In this document: piece by piece, positions 1 to 9,790 of the stretch
How the letters are laid out: every line of letters starts with the position of its first letter
Numbering within the stretch: position 1 is the first letter of the stretch
Source of the DNA: a virus
Reading direction: 5' to 3' (one strand)
DNA: 64,000 bases
Virus record (IMG/VR): IMGVR_UViG_3300033405_000004
Span: 1 to 64,000 of that record
The notes under the pieces: generated by a model
Databases searched by the model: none
What the model was told of the DNA's origin: nothing
Seen by the model: only the letters and a program-made list of their open reading frames with translations
Made by a program: the position numbers and the translations under genes

Positions 1-567
1 CTTCATGCAGAGCTTCGCGAGGTCGATCATCTCGGCCGACTCCGCCTTCTCCATGCGCCCGTCGCCGGGGCCGGTGGGCGTCATGCTCTCGACTTCCTCG
101 CCCGCCATCAGCCGCGGCCACGTGTGCTCGTCGTGGACCATCACGCAGGAGCCGCTCCCGTCGGAGGCCTGGCACACCATGATGAGCTGGTGGTCGTGGT
201 CGGGCGCGGCGGTGTAGCCGCGCAGCGTCACGTTCAGCCGCTCGGACGCCTCCAGCACCTGCTGCCGCGTGAGCTTCCCCGCGAGCAGCGTGCCGAGGGC
301 CGGGTCCTCGAAGTTGAACTCGATGGTCGTGCTCGGCCACGTCAGGTCCTCGAACCGGCCCTCGTGGAAGTCCGTCAGCCTAAGGTCGTCCGTCACCTTC
401 TTCTGGATGATGAAGGTCATGCCCACGCGGGCGTGGAGGTGCATCAGCAGCAGTTCGGTGAACGCCTGTGCGCCCACGTTCGCGATGATGGGCGCGATGC
501 GGCTCATCTTCTGGAGGTCTATGTCCTTTATGAGGCCGTAGTTGAGGTTTTTTACGAAGCGGGGCAT
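1..567 (-). CDS. hypothetical protein (3' end runs off window)
   Basis: ATG at 567, MPRFVKNLNYGLIKDID..., open to position 1 with GC3-rich codons; AT-rich promoter region upstream. Confidence 0.7.
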   Translation of the reverse strand, partial: MPRFVKNLNYGLIKDIDLQKMSRIAPIIANVGAQAFTELLLMHLHARVGMTFIIQKKVTDDLRLTDFHEGRFEDLTWPSTTIEFNFEDPALGTLLAGKLTRQQVLEASERLNVTLRGYTAAPDHDHQLIMVCQASDGSGSCVMVHDEHTWPRLMAGEEVESMTPTGPGDGRMEKAESAEMIDLAKLCMK

Positions 568-610
568 GGCGGGTGACTCCTGGGAGGCTGGGGGAAGCGG
601 GCCGGGGTTG

Positions 611-666
611 CAAGCAAAAAGTTTATGACATTTTTTTGTTTACAACCGGGGCCGGAACCCCCATAC
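611..666. promoter_or_regulatory. divergent sigma70-like promoter region
   Basis: TTTACA-17 nt-CATACT on + strand; 24-bp element at 611-634 is identical (reverse complement) to 41589-41612. Confidence 0.6.
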
Positions 667-715
667 TCCGGGCATAGTTTAGAACTCACCAAAACAAAAT
701 CCAATCCACCCTCCC

Positions 716-1378
716 ATGCCACTCAAGACAGTTGCCCTCAAGACCTCCACCACCGCCGGCGCCAAGAACGGTACCGACGTCCCCAGCTTCGTCATCGAGA
801 ATGACGGGCTCCGCCGCTACGCCGAGGCCATCCGCGCGAAGCGCGCCGCCGAGGCCGAGATCGCCGAACTGGAGCCGACCATCAAGGCCGACGCCACCCA
901 CCGCCTCTTCATCCACAACATCGCCGAGCCGATGAAGCCCGTCGCGACGGTGCGTCTCACGGACAGGGAGGGCACTTCGGTGCGGGTCAGCTTTCAAGAC
1001 CGCTACTCCATCATCGCTAACGTCGAGGCCGTCGACGAACTGATGAAGTCCCTCGGCAAGGACATTAACGACTACGTCCAGCAGAGGGCGGGTGCGAAGT
1101 TCGACGACGCCGTGTTCGTCTCCAAGGTCGGGGAGGACAAGGGCGAGTTCAGCAAGCGCATCTACGACGCCTACCGGAAGTCCGCCGAGACCGTCACCGC
1201 CGAGCTTATCAAGCGTGGCTACCTCCCCGAAGGCACCGCGTGCCCGCTCAGCACTTTCGAAAAAGTCACCGTCCGCGAGGGGTTCCATCAGACCCGCTGG
1301 GCGGCCTTCCCCAAGGTGGGCGACCAAGAGAAGGTGACCGAGGTCGTCAAGAACACCATCACCGCCACCGTCGAGTAA
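716..1378 (+). CDS. hypothetical protein
   Basis: 220 aa ORF, strong codon bias, downstream of promoter. Confidence 0.85.
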   Translation: MPLKTVALKTSTTAGAKNGTDVPSFVIENDGLRRYAEAIRAKRAAEAEIAELEPTIKADATHRLFIHNIAEPMKPVATVRLTDREGTSVRVSFQDRYSIIANVEAVDELMKSLGKDINDYVQQRAGAKFDDAVFVSKVGEDKGEFSKRIYDAYRKSAETVTAELIKRGYLPEGTACPLSTFEKVTVREGFHQTRWAAFPKVGDQEKVTEVVKNTITATVE

Positions 1379-1379
1379 C

Positions 1380-1625
1380 ATGCACCTTCAGGTTGTTGTC
1401 CATGATAACGTGCCCAGCCTTTACATAGAGGCTGGTACCCCTGAGGAGCGTGTCCATCTGCTAGAAGACTTGGAGCGTGTTCGCCGGGCTTTGCGTGGCA
1501 CTGGTCACGTTGGTTCCTTCAACGTCTGTGGCATGTCTCAGACCAATGCTGAGGACGGCGCTCTTGTCTGTCTTTCACTCAACGTCGATTTGGCGTTGGG
1601 TGGGGCTACGCCGAGGGCCGATTGA
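1380..1625 (+). CDS. hypothetical protein
   Basis: 81 aa, fills gap, overlaps next start; lower GC. Confidence 0.55.
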   Translation: MHLQVVVHDNVPSLYIEAGTPEERVHLLEDLERVRRALRGTGHVGSFNVCGMSQTNAEDGALVCLSLNVDLALGGATPRAD

Positions 1626-2272
1626 TGCCCCCGACCCGCGTCAGAGTGGTGCCCGGCATCGCGGTGCCTTTCTATCCCATGCGCCCCGCCGAGGGGCGCG
1701 CCCTCTCCGACCCGGCGAGGGCCGTCGAACTGGTGCTGGAGTTCAAGGGCAACGGCGACACCCTCCAGCCCAAGCTGAACGGCGACAGGGCTGGCGTCGC
1801 CACCGTGCGGGCCTCGGCCCTGTCGGACGCCGACCGCAGCTTCTTCTCCCCCGTCGTCGTGGACGGCATCGCCCTGTTGGTGCAGAACCGGCACGGACGC
1901 CGCTACCACTACAAGGTCGCCAATCTCCCCGACTTCGCTAAGCTGCCGCCCGGCTCCTGCTTCGACGGCGAGGTCTACAAGGGCCTGTTCTACCCGTTCG
2001 AGGCGCTCGCCGTCGGCGGGACGTCCTACCTCCGGGCCGGCCCCGACGAGCGGGCCAGGGTCGCCGAGGAGGCCTGCCGGGCCGTCGGGGCGGCGTGGAT
2101 CTTCAACCCGCCCACGGAGGCCTTCTTGCGCCACCTGTCCGAAAACCTCCCCTTTTGGGAGGGCATCGTGAGGAAGCAGAGGGGGTCCCCCTACGTCTTT
2201 TGCCAGAACGACACCACGGCCAGTTCTACATGGTGGAAGCACAAGTGGCCCGCTCCCCCTCCCCATGCTTAA
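1622..2272 (+). CDS. ATP-dependent ligase-like nucleotidyltransferase (adenylation domain only)
   Basis: motif I QPKLNGDR, III FDGE, IV EGIVRK..SPY, V WWKHK; no OB domain. Confidence 0.7.
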   Translation: MMPPTRVRVVPGIAVPFYPMRPAEGRALSDPARAVELVLEFKGNGDTLQPKLNGDRAGVATVRASALSDADRSFFSPVVVDGIALLVQNRHGRRYHYKVANLPDFAKLPPGSCFDGEVYKGLFYPFEALAVGGTSYLRAGPDERARVAEEACRAVGAAWIFNPPTEAFLRHLSENLPFWEGIVRKQRGSPYVFCQNDTTASSTWWKHKWPAPPPHA

Positions 2273-2277
2273 TGCTA

Positions 2278-2492
2278 TGAACGACAAGGGGCCGGAAGGC
2301 TCGAAGGGGCCATCGCTCACCGAGGATCAGCGGGCGAGGGTCATGGGCGGGGTCCGTGAGGACACGGAGAGGATCTTTCGGCGCAACGAGCGGCGGGAGA
2401 GGCTCAGGGACAACGTCATAAGTGCGGCCATGCTGGTGTCCGTCGTGGCCATGATCCTGGGCGCGCTCGGCCACAGGCTCGGCCTCTGGTAA
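2278..2492 (+). CDS. small membrane protein
   Basis: C-terminal hydrophobic helix. Confidence 0.6.
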
Positions 2493-2544
2493 TAAATGTT
2501 TACAACATCGCGTGGGTGTGCTAGCAGTTCTTGTCAGTGAAACT

Positions 2545-2940
2545 ATGAAAACAACCGCCAAAAGACCGCAACGCATGGTCGCCACCTTTCGGGCGCTCCG
2601 GGCGGCTGACCCGTCCAAGCTCACCCCGCAGGGCTGCATGATTGTGTCGGTGCTCCGCACCCACCACCGGCCCCTGACCCGGCGCGAGCTGATCGCGGCG
2701 ATGGCCAGGCACCTCGGGAACTCCCGGCAGAAGCCGACCCGCGTCCTCTCCTTCTACAAGAAGAGCCTGCTCGCCTCCGGCTTCATCGAAGTCCGCAAGC
2801 GCCCCTACGTGGCCCCCGCCGTCAAGCCGCCCCGGTCTCCGCCGCCAGTGCCCGTCGCCCCCGTGGTTGCCCAGCCCGACTCGGCTGCGCCTTCGCCTGT
2901 GTCCGGGCCGGTCGAGGTGGCGTCCGCCCCTGTCTCCTAA
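2545..2940 (+). CDS. putative winged-helix DNA-binding protein
   Basis: LTPQ..IVSVL..PLTRRELIAAM..YKKSLLASGFIEV pattern; Pro-rich tail. Confidence 0.55.
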   Translation: MKTTAKRPQRMVATFRALRAADPSKLTPQGCMIVSVLRTHHRPLTRRELIAAMARHLGNSRQKPTRVLSFYKKSLLASGFIEVRKRPYVAPAVKPPRSPPPVPVAPVVAQPDSAAPSPVSGPVEVASAPVS

Positions 2941-2988
2941 CTTTCGTTTGCCAGCGCCCCCGGCGCTGGAGAGTGGATGGATTCATAG

Positions 2989-3020
2989 CCGCGGGCGGCT
3001 TGCGCCGCCCGCGGTTTTTT
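2989..3020 (+). terminator. intrinsic terminator
   Basis: CCGCGGGCGGC-TTGC-GCCGCCCGCGG followed by T6. Confidence 0.7.
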
Positions 3021-3023
3021 CCA

Positions 3024-3368
3024 ATGGAAATCATCAAGGGTCCAAGCGCGGCCTCGGCTAGGTTTTCCAAGTGGCTGGCCGTCGGGATGGTGGTCGTCAC
3101 GACGGGGCTGGGCGTCGCGAACAGCTGCGTCTCGCTGCCCGTCGGCCTCGTCTACATCGCGATCGCTGCGGCGCTCGTCGGCCTCGTGCGCTACAGCGTG
3201 GGGCGCGAGCAGGCCTGCGTCCAGGGTGAGTTCTGGCTCCGCCAGTTCAACGAGGCCAACGCGGAGTTCCACTGCGCCGTCAAGTCCGGCAACCTGGAGG
3301 CGATGCGGGCGGCGCACGACGCGACGGTCATGGCGTACAGCCGGTGGCTGCGGGAGATCGGACTCTAA
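3024..3368 (+). CDS. membrane protein
   Basis: two hydrophobic segments. Confidence 0.65.
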   Translation: MEIIKGPSAASARFSKWLAVGMVVVTTGLGVANSCVSLPVGLVYIAIAAALVGLVRYSVGREQACVQGEFWLRQFNEANAEFHCAVKSGNLEAMRAAHDATVMAYSRWLREIGL

Positions 3369-3426
3369 CTTTTGTTTACGAAAAAAGTTGCGACCCGCAG
3401 TTCTAATAGTCTAACACAAACTGCGC

Positions 3427-3675
3427 ATGAGCCCGCCCCACCCCCTCATCAACCGCCTGCTCCGCCACGGCTGGAAGGTCGTGATCGACGCCGACAACAT
3501 CGCCACCAGGGCCGAGATGCTGCGCCCGGACGGAGGGCTGTCGACCTCTACCGACGTGTCGGGCGTCGACGCCCAGGCCGCTCTCAACGCCTTGGAGGTC
3601 TTCATGGCCGCTTCGTTGGCCGACGAATACAATCACCAGATCACCAAGCCGAAGATTCAACCGCCTTCTCAATGA
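3427..3675 (+). CDS. hypothetical protein
   Basis: 82 aa, ATGA-coupled to next gene. Confidence 0.65.
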   Translation: MSPPHPLINRLLRHGWKVVIDADNIATRAEMLRPDGGLSTSTDVSGVDAQAALNALEVFMAASLADEYNHQITKPKIQPPSQ

Positions 3676-4070
3676 CAATCGACTGGAACGCCCTGGACGC
3701 CACCGCGAAGAACAAACTCTTCGCCGAGCGTGCGCTTGGCCTCGTCATGCGTCCCCCCGCCTTCGACTCGGACTATCACCTCGTGGACCCCGGCGGCTGG
3801 TTCGACGGTGACCGGTGCGTCTTCGAGGGCTTGCCCAACTTCACCGGCGACTCCAAGGCCGTGCTGGCCTGCCTCGACAGGCGCGACTGGAAGGCCCGGC
3901 ACATCGGCCCCGACCAGGTCAACTACTGGACCGTGACGCTGTTCGACTTCTCGCGGCCGTGGCCCCACGAGGTCCGCAGCGGCGAGTGCGCCTCCCTCGC
4001 GGAGGCGGGCATGGTCGCCCTGCTGCTCGCCGCGGGCGTCGGGGTTACCGGCGTCCTCGGCCTGCGCTGA
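3672..4070 (+). CDS. phage ABA-sandwich (BC1872-like) protein
   Basis: LPNFTGDSKAV...SLAEAGMVALL pattern. Confidence 0.5.
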   Translation: MTIDWNALDATAKNKLFAERALGLVMRPPAFDSDYHLVDPGGWFDGDRCVFEGLPNFTGDSKAVLACLDRRDWKARHIGPDQVNYWTVTLFDFSRPWPHEVRSGECASLAEAGMVALLLAAGVGVTGVLGLR

Positions 4071-4076
4071 ACCTTT

Positions 4077-4628
4077 ATGGACACCATATCGTCGCCCTCC
4101 GACAGGTCCGCCCTCACGCCCGCCGGGATCGTCATGCTCTTGGTCGGCGTCGCCGCCACGGTCTTCAACGTCGCCAACGAGATCGTCGGCGAGTACCAGT
4201 ACAGCCGCCAGTTCGGGTCGTACTGGAGCCTCGCCGAGAAGGCCTCCACCATCCCGCAGAAGTCGAAGTACGTCGACGCCTTCGTGGCCGCGCTGGAGGC
4301 CGGGGGTTTCGCCGGCGAGCACAACGCCGTGCTCCTCACGACCCCGGACAACTCCTTCGACCGCAACCTGGAGGCCGTCAAGAGCCTCCAGGGGCGCCTG
4401 CACGAAATCCTGAACATGGACGTCGGCTCCTTCCAGTACCAGGCCGCCATCCAGCAGATCACGGCTCAGGAGCAGGGCGAGGCCAAGGGGATGCTCGACG
4501 TGTTCGAGGGCGTCTGGTGGAAGCACAGCCACCCGTCCCTCTGGCGGTGGGTGGGCGGCTGCCAGGTCGTCTTCTTCATCGTCCTCGCCGTCGGGGGCGT
4601 CATCGCCATCTGCGTCGACAGGGACTGA
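4077..4628 (+). CDS. membrane protein
   Basis: N- and C-terminal TM helices. Confidence 0.75.
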   Translation: MDTISSPSDRSALTPAGIVMLLVGVAATVFNVANEIVGEYQYSRQFGSYWSLAEKASTIPQKSKYVDAFVAALEAGGFAGEHNAVLLTTPDNSFDRNLEAVKSLQGRLHEILNMDVGSFQYQAAIQQITAQEQGEAKGMLDVFEGVWWKHSHPSLWRWVGGCQVVFFIVLAVGGVIAICVDRD

Positions 4629-4699
4629 CCATGCGCTTCTGCCAGTCATGCGAGCACTGGGACGCCCCCGGGTAGTCCTTCGCCCCGTGACCCCCTTCC

Positions 4700-5041
4700 A
4701 TGAAGACCAAAATCGCCACGATACTCCTCGCCGGCCTCCTCGCGGTGCTGGCCATCGGATGGGTCGTTCAGGGGAACGACTACTTCCTGTTCAAGGTGTT
4801 CAACCCCAGGATGGAGGCGGTGCGCCGCTCCACCTTCGAGCAGTCGAAGGCCTACAACCAGGGCATGATCCAGGACCTCTACGGCATGGAGGCCCAGTAC
4901 GTCGCCGCCGACGAGGGCGGCAAGGACGCCCTGGCCAGCCTGATCCTCCACCGCTACGCCGACTACCCCGACGAGAAGCTCCCGGCCGACCTCCAGGGCT
5001 TCATGCGCCAGCTCCGCGCCCGCAAGCACCTCAACCAATAA
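4700..5041 (+). CDS. membrane-anchored protein
   Basis: N-terminal signal/TM segment. Confidence 0.75.
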   Translation: MKTKIATILLAGLLAVLAIGWVVQGNDYFLFKVFNPRMEAVRRSTFEQSKAYNQGMIQDLYGMEAQYVAADEGGKDALASLILHRYADYPDEKLPADLQGFMRQLRARKHLNQ

Positions 5042-5060
5042 CCCCTGACCCCCAGCCCCC

Positions 5061-5576
5061 ATGAAAAGAAAGCTGGCCCTCACAGTCCTGATCCCTCTCG
5101 CGCTGCTCTGGTGCGGCGCCGAGAACTCCTGCTCCGGCACGCCGGACAGCATCGCCGTCGAGAAGCAGCGGCAGGAGACCCTGCAGCGCGAGTCCAACAT
5201 GACCGTCGGCATGCCCGCCGTCCACAACTTCAGGGAGAAGAAGCTCCTGAAGGACATCATCGAGCTGCGCGACCAGAACGGCCTCGTCACCTACACCTAC
5301 ATCGTGGCGGAGATGACCGGCAAGCTGGTCTTCCTCGGCGAGTCCGTCGGCTACGGCATCCCCTACGCCACCCAGTTCACCAACCCGCAGCAGACCATCC
5401 CCTACGGGCAGGGGGCGACCACCATCGCCCAGGCCGACCCCAACGGCCTCTACTCGCCCGCCACCGCCGAGGGCACTTGGGTGCTCCTCAAGGACCCCAA
5501 CGGCGGCGACGTGAAGCCCGTCTACGTCGAGCCCCGCGTCATCGTCTCCCCCTTCAGGCTCCAGACCGTGCCGTGA
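5061..5576 (+). CDS. putative lipoprotein
   Basis: signal peptide ending in Cys; GYGIPYATQFTNPQ and QADPNGLYS motifs seen in phage lipoproteins. Confidence 0.7.
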   Translation: MKRKLALTVLIPLALLWCGAENSCSGTPDSIAVEKQRQETLQRESNMTVGMPAVHNFREKKLLKDIIELRDQNGLVTYTYIVAEMTGKLVFLGESVGYGIPYATQFTNPQQTIPYGQGATTIAQADPNGLYSPATAEGTWVLLKDPNGGDVKPVYVEPRVIVSPFRLQTVP

Positions 5577-5929
5577 ATGAGACGAGGACGTTCAACGAGG
5601 CCGCGTACGAGCGGCTGCCCCGCCGGGGCCGGCGGTACGTCAGGGGCGTCGTGCACGACTTCGGCCTCCTGCGGCCGGGGCCGTACGTCGCGACGGACAC
5701 GCCGGAGCGGGCGTTCCTGATCGCGGTGGCCCTGTTCGCGGAGCGGAACCCCTCCACCCCCGTCAAGTACACCGGGCCGGGCGGCGACCAGCGCGACGTC
5801 CCGCCGGGCGCCCCGTGGACGGAGATCGACACCCCGACGGCGGCCACGGACTGGGGCGACCGCGGCGACGGGGAGGACTGGAGGGACGAGCCCTGGATCG
5901 GCTTCGACGGCAAGCAGGTCGAACTTTGA
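5573..5929 (+). CDS. hypothetical protein
   Basis: GTG overlapping upstream stop. Confidence 0.6.
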   Translation: MNETRTFNEAAYERLPRRGRRYVRGVVHDFGLLRPGPYVATDTPERAFLIAVALFAERNPSTPVKYTGPGGDQRDVPPGAPWTEIDTPTAATDWGDRGDGEDWRDEPWIGFDGKQVEL

Positions 5930-5936
5930 ACCCGCC

Positions 5937-6470
5937 ATGAAGATGCCAAAAAAGACACCAAAAAAGACACCGAAAAAGACGCACGCCCGATGGCTGAAGG
6001 ATCTCAGGAAGTTCGCCAAGGACCGGCAGGCCTTCCTTCGCCGGGCCAAGCCCCTCCACCGCCGGTACTCCGGCCCCAAGTCCCGCCCGTTCTGGGCGGC
6101 CGTCAACGCCCTGCCGCCCAAGGGCGGCCTGCGCGGCAAGCTCTACGTGCTCGGCTGCGCCCTCCAGACGCTGGAGGGCACCGTCTTGGCCGAGATGGAG
6201 TCCGCCGCCCCCGGCACGGTGTCCCCGCCCAAGGCGCCCCGCCTGTTCAGCGAGCAGTTCCGCCTCTGCGGGGCCGCGGGCCTCCTCAGGCGCGGGCCGA
6301 AGGTCACCGAGACCGCCGTCCGCTACTACGTCTCCGACGACTCCTCGCCCGAAGGCGTCAGGTGCGTGCGCGGCCCCAGGCGCATCACCTGCGGCACGTG
6401 GCTCTGCGGGCGCTTCGGCGGCCCCTGCATGTCCGGCAACCCGGGGTGCAGGAAGCTGCGGGGCTTGTAA
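5937..6470 (+). CDS. basic hypothetical protein with N-terminal (PKKT)x3
   Basis: 177 aa; 12-bp tandem repeat near 5' end. Confidence 0.6.
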   Translation: MKMPKKTPKKTPKKTHARWLKDLRKFAKDRQAFLRRAKPLHRRYSGPKSRPFWAAVNALPPKGGLRGKLYVLGCALQTLEGTVLAEMESAAPGTVSPPKAPRLFSEQFRLCGAAGLLRRGPKVTETAVRYYVSDDSSPEGVRCVRGPRRITCGTWLCGRFGGPCMSGNPGCRKLRGL

Positions 6471-6501
6471 ACAAATGCCCGGCCATCGCGGCTCGAATCC
6501 C

Positions 6502-6798
6502 GTGCAGACGCCCATCCGCAGGTTCGACCTCGGCGACCCGCCCCCGCCCCCGGAGCCGGCCCCCGCGCGCCCGTCGTTCTGGACTTCGAACTGCCCCCAG
6601 CCGTTTCCGCCGCCCGGGACGGTCTGCTTCGATCCTCGCTTCGGCTGGCTGGCTTGGACGGGCTGGGGGTGGGCGCCAGCCGCGCCGTCGGTGCCCGTGC
6701 TGGTGCCCGTGCCGGTGCCCGTGCCCGTGTTCATCTCGATGATCACGGTGATGATGCCGGTGGCCGTGCCGGTGTGCGTGCCGGTCTACATGACCTGA
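6502..6798 (+). CDS. PIRRFDL-motif protein with (PV)n tail
   Basis: GTG start chosen (ATG 6475 is an alternative); shared N-terminal motif. Confidence 0.55.
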   Translation: MQTPIRRFDLGDPPPPPEPAPARPSFWTSNCPQPFPPPGTVCFDPRFGWLAWTGWGWAPAAPSVPVLVPVPVPVPVFISMITVMMPVAVPVCVPVYMT

Positions 6799-6813
6799 GT
6801 TCTTTCCAGAGCC

Positions 6814-7656
6814 GTGGCCGCCATCCGAAAGTTCGACCTCGAAGAGCCCTCCGCCCCCAGGCCGAAGAAGCCGAAGGCCCCGAAGGCCCGCTTCCGGCCG
6901 GGCGAGTGGCGCGGCCTGCCCGCGGTCGAGGACACTAGCGACGGTAGCCGCTGGTGGAAGAACGAGGACGGCGAGTGGCAGGGGCCGCTCGGCGCGGGCT
7001 ACCGCGAGGAGATGGTCCTGACGGCCCCCGTCGACGGCCAGCCCGTGGAGCACCCCGCCTGGCTGGACCGGCCCGGCGCGACGCCCCCCATGACCGAGGA
7101 GCAGGTGCGCGTGATCGAGGCGATGAACTCCAATTTCGAGGTGCGCGGCGCGGACGCGTGGCCGGGGGCGCGCGAGTCCGGGGCGTTCGCCATGTTCCCC
7201 GGGGCCACGGGGCCGGGATGGGCCGCCGCCTCCGGGGTCACCGGCGCGGGGCCTCCGCCGCGCGGGCATGTCGAGCCGACGCGCATGTGGCCGCGCGGTG
7301 GCATGCAGGGGCCGGTGGGCCCGACGGGCGTGCAGGGGCCGGTGGGCGCGCGGCCGGAATGGGACGGCGTCCCCCGCGTCGTCTACACCCCGCGGGACAT
7401 CCCGGCGCACTGGTGGCGGAGCGAGGCCATCGCGAGGGCCCTGGAGACGGCCCGCCGCGGCGTCGAGGCCGGGGCCCTGGCCGGCGGCACGCTCGACGCC
7501 AGGATCGAGGAGGCCAGGCGCGTGGACGCCCACATGTCCTCGCGGCCCTCCTTCTGGCAGCGCGTCGCCGGCGGGCCGGCCAGGCGCCGGGCGCAGGCGA
7601 CGCACGAGCAGTACATCGCCCAGATCCTCGACGGCTCGATCGCCATCGGGAGCTGA
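6814..7656 (+). CDS. hypothetical protein with IRKFDL N-terminal motif
   Basis: 280 aa; GTTCT motif upstream. Confidence 0.7.
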   Translation: MAAIRKFDLEEPSAPRPKKPKAPKARFRPGEWRGLPAVEDTSDGSRWWKNEDGEWQGPLGAGYREEMVLTAPVDGQPVEHPAWLDRPGATPPMTEEQVRVIEAMNSNFEVRGADAWPGARESGAFAMFPGATGPGWAAASGVTGAGPPPRGHVEPTRMWPRGGMQGPVGPTGVQGPVGARPEWDGVPRVVYTPRDIPAHWWRSEAIARALETARRGVEAGALAGGTLDARIEEARRVDAHMSSRPSFWQRVAGGPARRRAQATHEQYIAQILDGSIAIGS

Positions 7657-7657
7657 C

Positions 7658-8431
7658 ATGATAACCTCCGCGCAGCTCCTGCTGGAGTCGCCCGGCCGCC
7701 TGGAGACGGACTGCCAGGCGCTCGCCGCCGGGCTGTCGGCGCTCAGCCCGCGCGTCCCGTGGTTCGGCTTCTACGAGAAGAACCTCTTCAGGGGCCGGGT
7801 GCCCCTCTCCACGGGCACCCTGGTGGGCGGCACGGTGCCGGTCGTCCACATGGCGCTGAGGCAGCTCGGCCTCACCCCGCCCTGGCCGCTCGACTACCCC
7901 GACTGCCTGCGCCGGTTCTTCCGGCGGTGCGTGTGGCCGTCCACCTGGCGGGAGGTCTGCGGGAGGGCGCCGCTCTTCGTCAAGCCGCGGGGCCGGGTCA
8001 AGAAGTTCACCGGCTTCGTCACCGGCACGCCGACCCTGGCCAGGATTCGCCCCGACGACGAGATCTGGTGCTCGGACGTGGTCGACTTCAAGTCGGAGTG
8101 GCGGGCGTTCGTCCTGCTCGGGCGCGTCCTAGACGTGCGGCACTACTGGGGCGACGAGGCCACGCCGGTGGACCGCGGCGTCGTCGAGGACGCGGCGTAC
8201 GCGTACTTCGCCGCGGGCGGGCCGGTCGCTTTCCTGCTGGACTTCGGTGTGCTGCGGGGCGGGTCCATCACGGCCCTGATCGAGGCGAACGACGCCTACG
8301 CCTGCGGCGCCTACGGCGTGAAGCCATCCGTGTACGCCGTCGTCCTTGCCGTGCGGTGGGTCGAGATCGCTCAGGGCCTCAAGGCGGCCATGGAGGCGTG
8401 TGCGGCGCTGACGGCGTCGGGTTTCAGTTGA
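7658..8431 (+). CDS. ATP-grasp domain protein (R2K/DUF4343-like)
   Basis: LFVKP..KKFTG, SEWRAFV, LDFG, LIEAND motifs. Confidence 0.8.
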   Translation: MITSAQLLLESPGRLETDCQALAAGLSALSPRVPWFGFYEKNLFRGRVPLSTGTLVGGTVPVVHMALRQLGLTPPWPLDYPDCLRRFFRRCVWPSTWREVCGRAPLFVKPRGRVKKFTGFVTGTPTLARIRPDDEIWCSDVVDFKSEWRAFVLLGRVLDVRHYWGDEATPVDRGVVEDAAYAYFAAGGPVAFLLDFGVLRGGSITALIEANDAYACGAYGVKPSVYAVVLAVRWVEIAQGLKAAMEACAALTASGFS

Positions 8432-8481
8432 CATGCGGCCACCATTTTGTTGTAGACATAAAGTTGTAAACAAAAACTAGA

Positions 8482-8982
8482 ATGAAAATCATCAAGCTTG
8501 GAAGCAAGGTCAGGGACCTTGCGACGGGCCTCAGGGGCACCGTGACGCTCCTGCAGATCGGGTTGGATCTTTCGCACTTGTACCTCGTCCAGCCGAAGGG
8601 CCTGGACCCGGCCGACCAGCGGCCGCTCAAGCAAGTCTGGCTGGCCGCGGAGAGGCTTGAAGGCTTTGGCGAGCACAAAATCGAACTTGTGGACTGCGAG
8701 ATCCCAATCGAAGTGCTCGGCACGCAGGTCGAGGACACCTACACCGGCTTCGCCGGCATGGCGATCAACCTATTGGTGCACGTCAGCGGCTGCACGCACG
8801 TGGAGATCCAGCCCCGCGGCACGCTGGAGAAGACCGGACAGGCGATCCTGCCGCTCGACTTCGACATCCGCCGCCTCAAGGGCAAGGCCATCCCGCCGAT
8901 GCTTGTGGAGGTTCGCGAGCGTGACGCGAAGAAGAAGCCCAGCCCCGGCCCCATGCCGTCGAGCAGGCCGAGGGTGGCGTAA
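8482..8982 (+). CDS. hypothetical protein with two SH3-like repeats
   Basis: LGSKVRD..TGLRG and LGTQVED..TGFAG internal duplication. Confidence 0.75.
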   Translation: MKIIKLGSKVRDLATGLRGTVTLLQIGLDLSHLYLVQPKGLDPADQRPLKQVWLAAERLEGFGEHKIELVDCEIPIEVLGTQVEDTYTGFAGMAINLLVHVSGCTHVEIQPRGTLEKTGQAILPLDFDIRRLKGKAIPPMLVEVRERDAKKKPSPGPMPSSRPRVA

Positions 8983-8997
8983 ACATTTTCCTGATAC

Positions 8998-9400
8998 ATG
9001 AAGGACCTCCCCGAAGCCGAACTCGGGCAGCTCGCGCTGGACATCGCCGCGGGCCGCGTCTTCACTGCGCAGCCCGGAGGACCTCTCGTCCGTGTTCATG
9101 GTCCTCATCTTCATGGGCGCCAAGCAGCGCAGGGAGATGATCAAGAACCCGCCGGGCCTGATCTACGAGTACCTCTCCGAGGCCGGCCCCCGCTCGATCA
9201 ACGGCATGCCGTCGTTCTTCTCGATGCGGATGCTCTCTAAGGCCGACGCGGAGAAGGTGTTCAGGATGGCCAAGGACGCACAGGCGGCCGCCCGGAACGC
9301 GGTGGGCCTCGTCGACGGCAAGCCCGTCCGCTACCGCCAGTCCGACGCCCTGGCCGAGGCCGAGCTTGAGGACGCCAGGGGCGAGGAGGGCGACCGGTGA
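8998..9400 (+). pseudogene. hypothetical protein with apparent +1 frameshift near 9075
   Basis: MKDLPEAELGQLALDIAAGRVFTAQ continues as PEDLSSVFMVLIF...IYEYLSEAGPRSINGMP in the +1 frame. Confidence 0.5.
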
Positions 9401-9780
9401 GCGGCGAGCCTTTCATCGGCGGGTCCGGGGAGGACTTCATCGAGGCGCTGAAGGCGAAGCTCGAAGCCGTCGTCGGGCTCCCCGTCGGGCACGAGACCTT
9501 CTCGCCGGAGGAGTTCGAGAAGGCCCTGGGCGAGGTCCTGAACTTGCTCGCCGACCACCTCGCGTCGACGGTGCCGCCTGGCATGGCCGAGGAGCTGGTC
9601 GCGGCGATGCCGCCCGGCATGGTCGAGCATTTGCTGAAGAGCATCGAGGAGCACAAGAGCAAGGGCCTCGACGCCCCGCAGCTGGAGGCGCTCAGGCGGG
9701 CCGCCGAGCGGGCCGGGCCGGACCGCATGCGGTGGCCGGAGATAGGTGCCGAGGGCTCCAGGTTCCCGCCGCCCTTCTGA
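9397..9780 (+). CDS. hypothetical protein
   Basis: 127 aa, GTGA coupling. Confidence 0.7.
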   Translation: MSGEPFIGGSGEDFIEALKAKLEAVVGLPVGHETFSPEEFEKALGEVLNLLADHLASTVPPGMAEELVAAMPPGMVEHLLKSIEEHKSKGLDAPQLEALRRAAERAGPDRMRWPEIGAEGSRFPPPF

Positions 9781-9790
9781 CCTGCATCCC

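Noticed and set aside
2951-3020. Riboswitch or attenuator (two hairpins)
   Set aside because: No recognisable aptamer; a plain terminator is sufficient.
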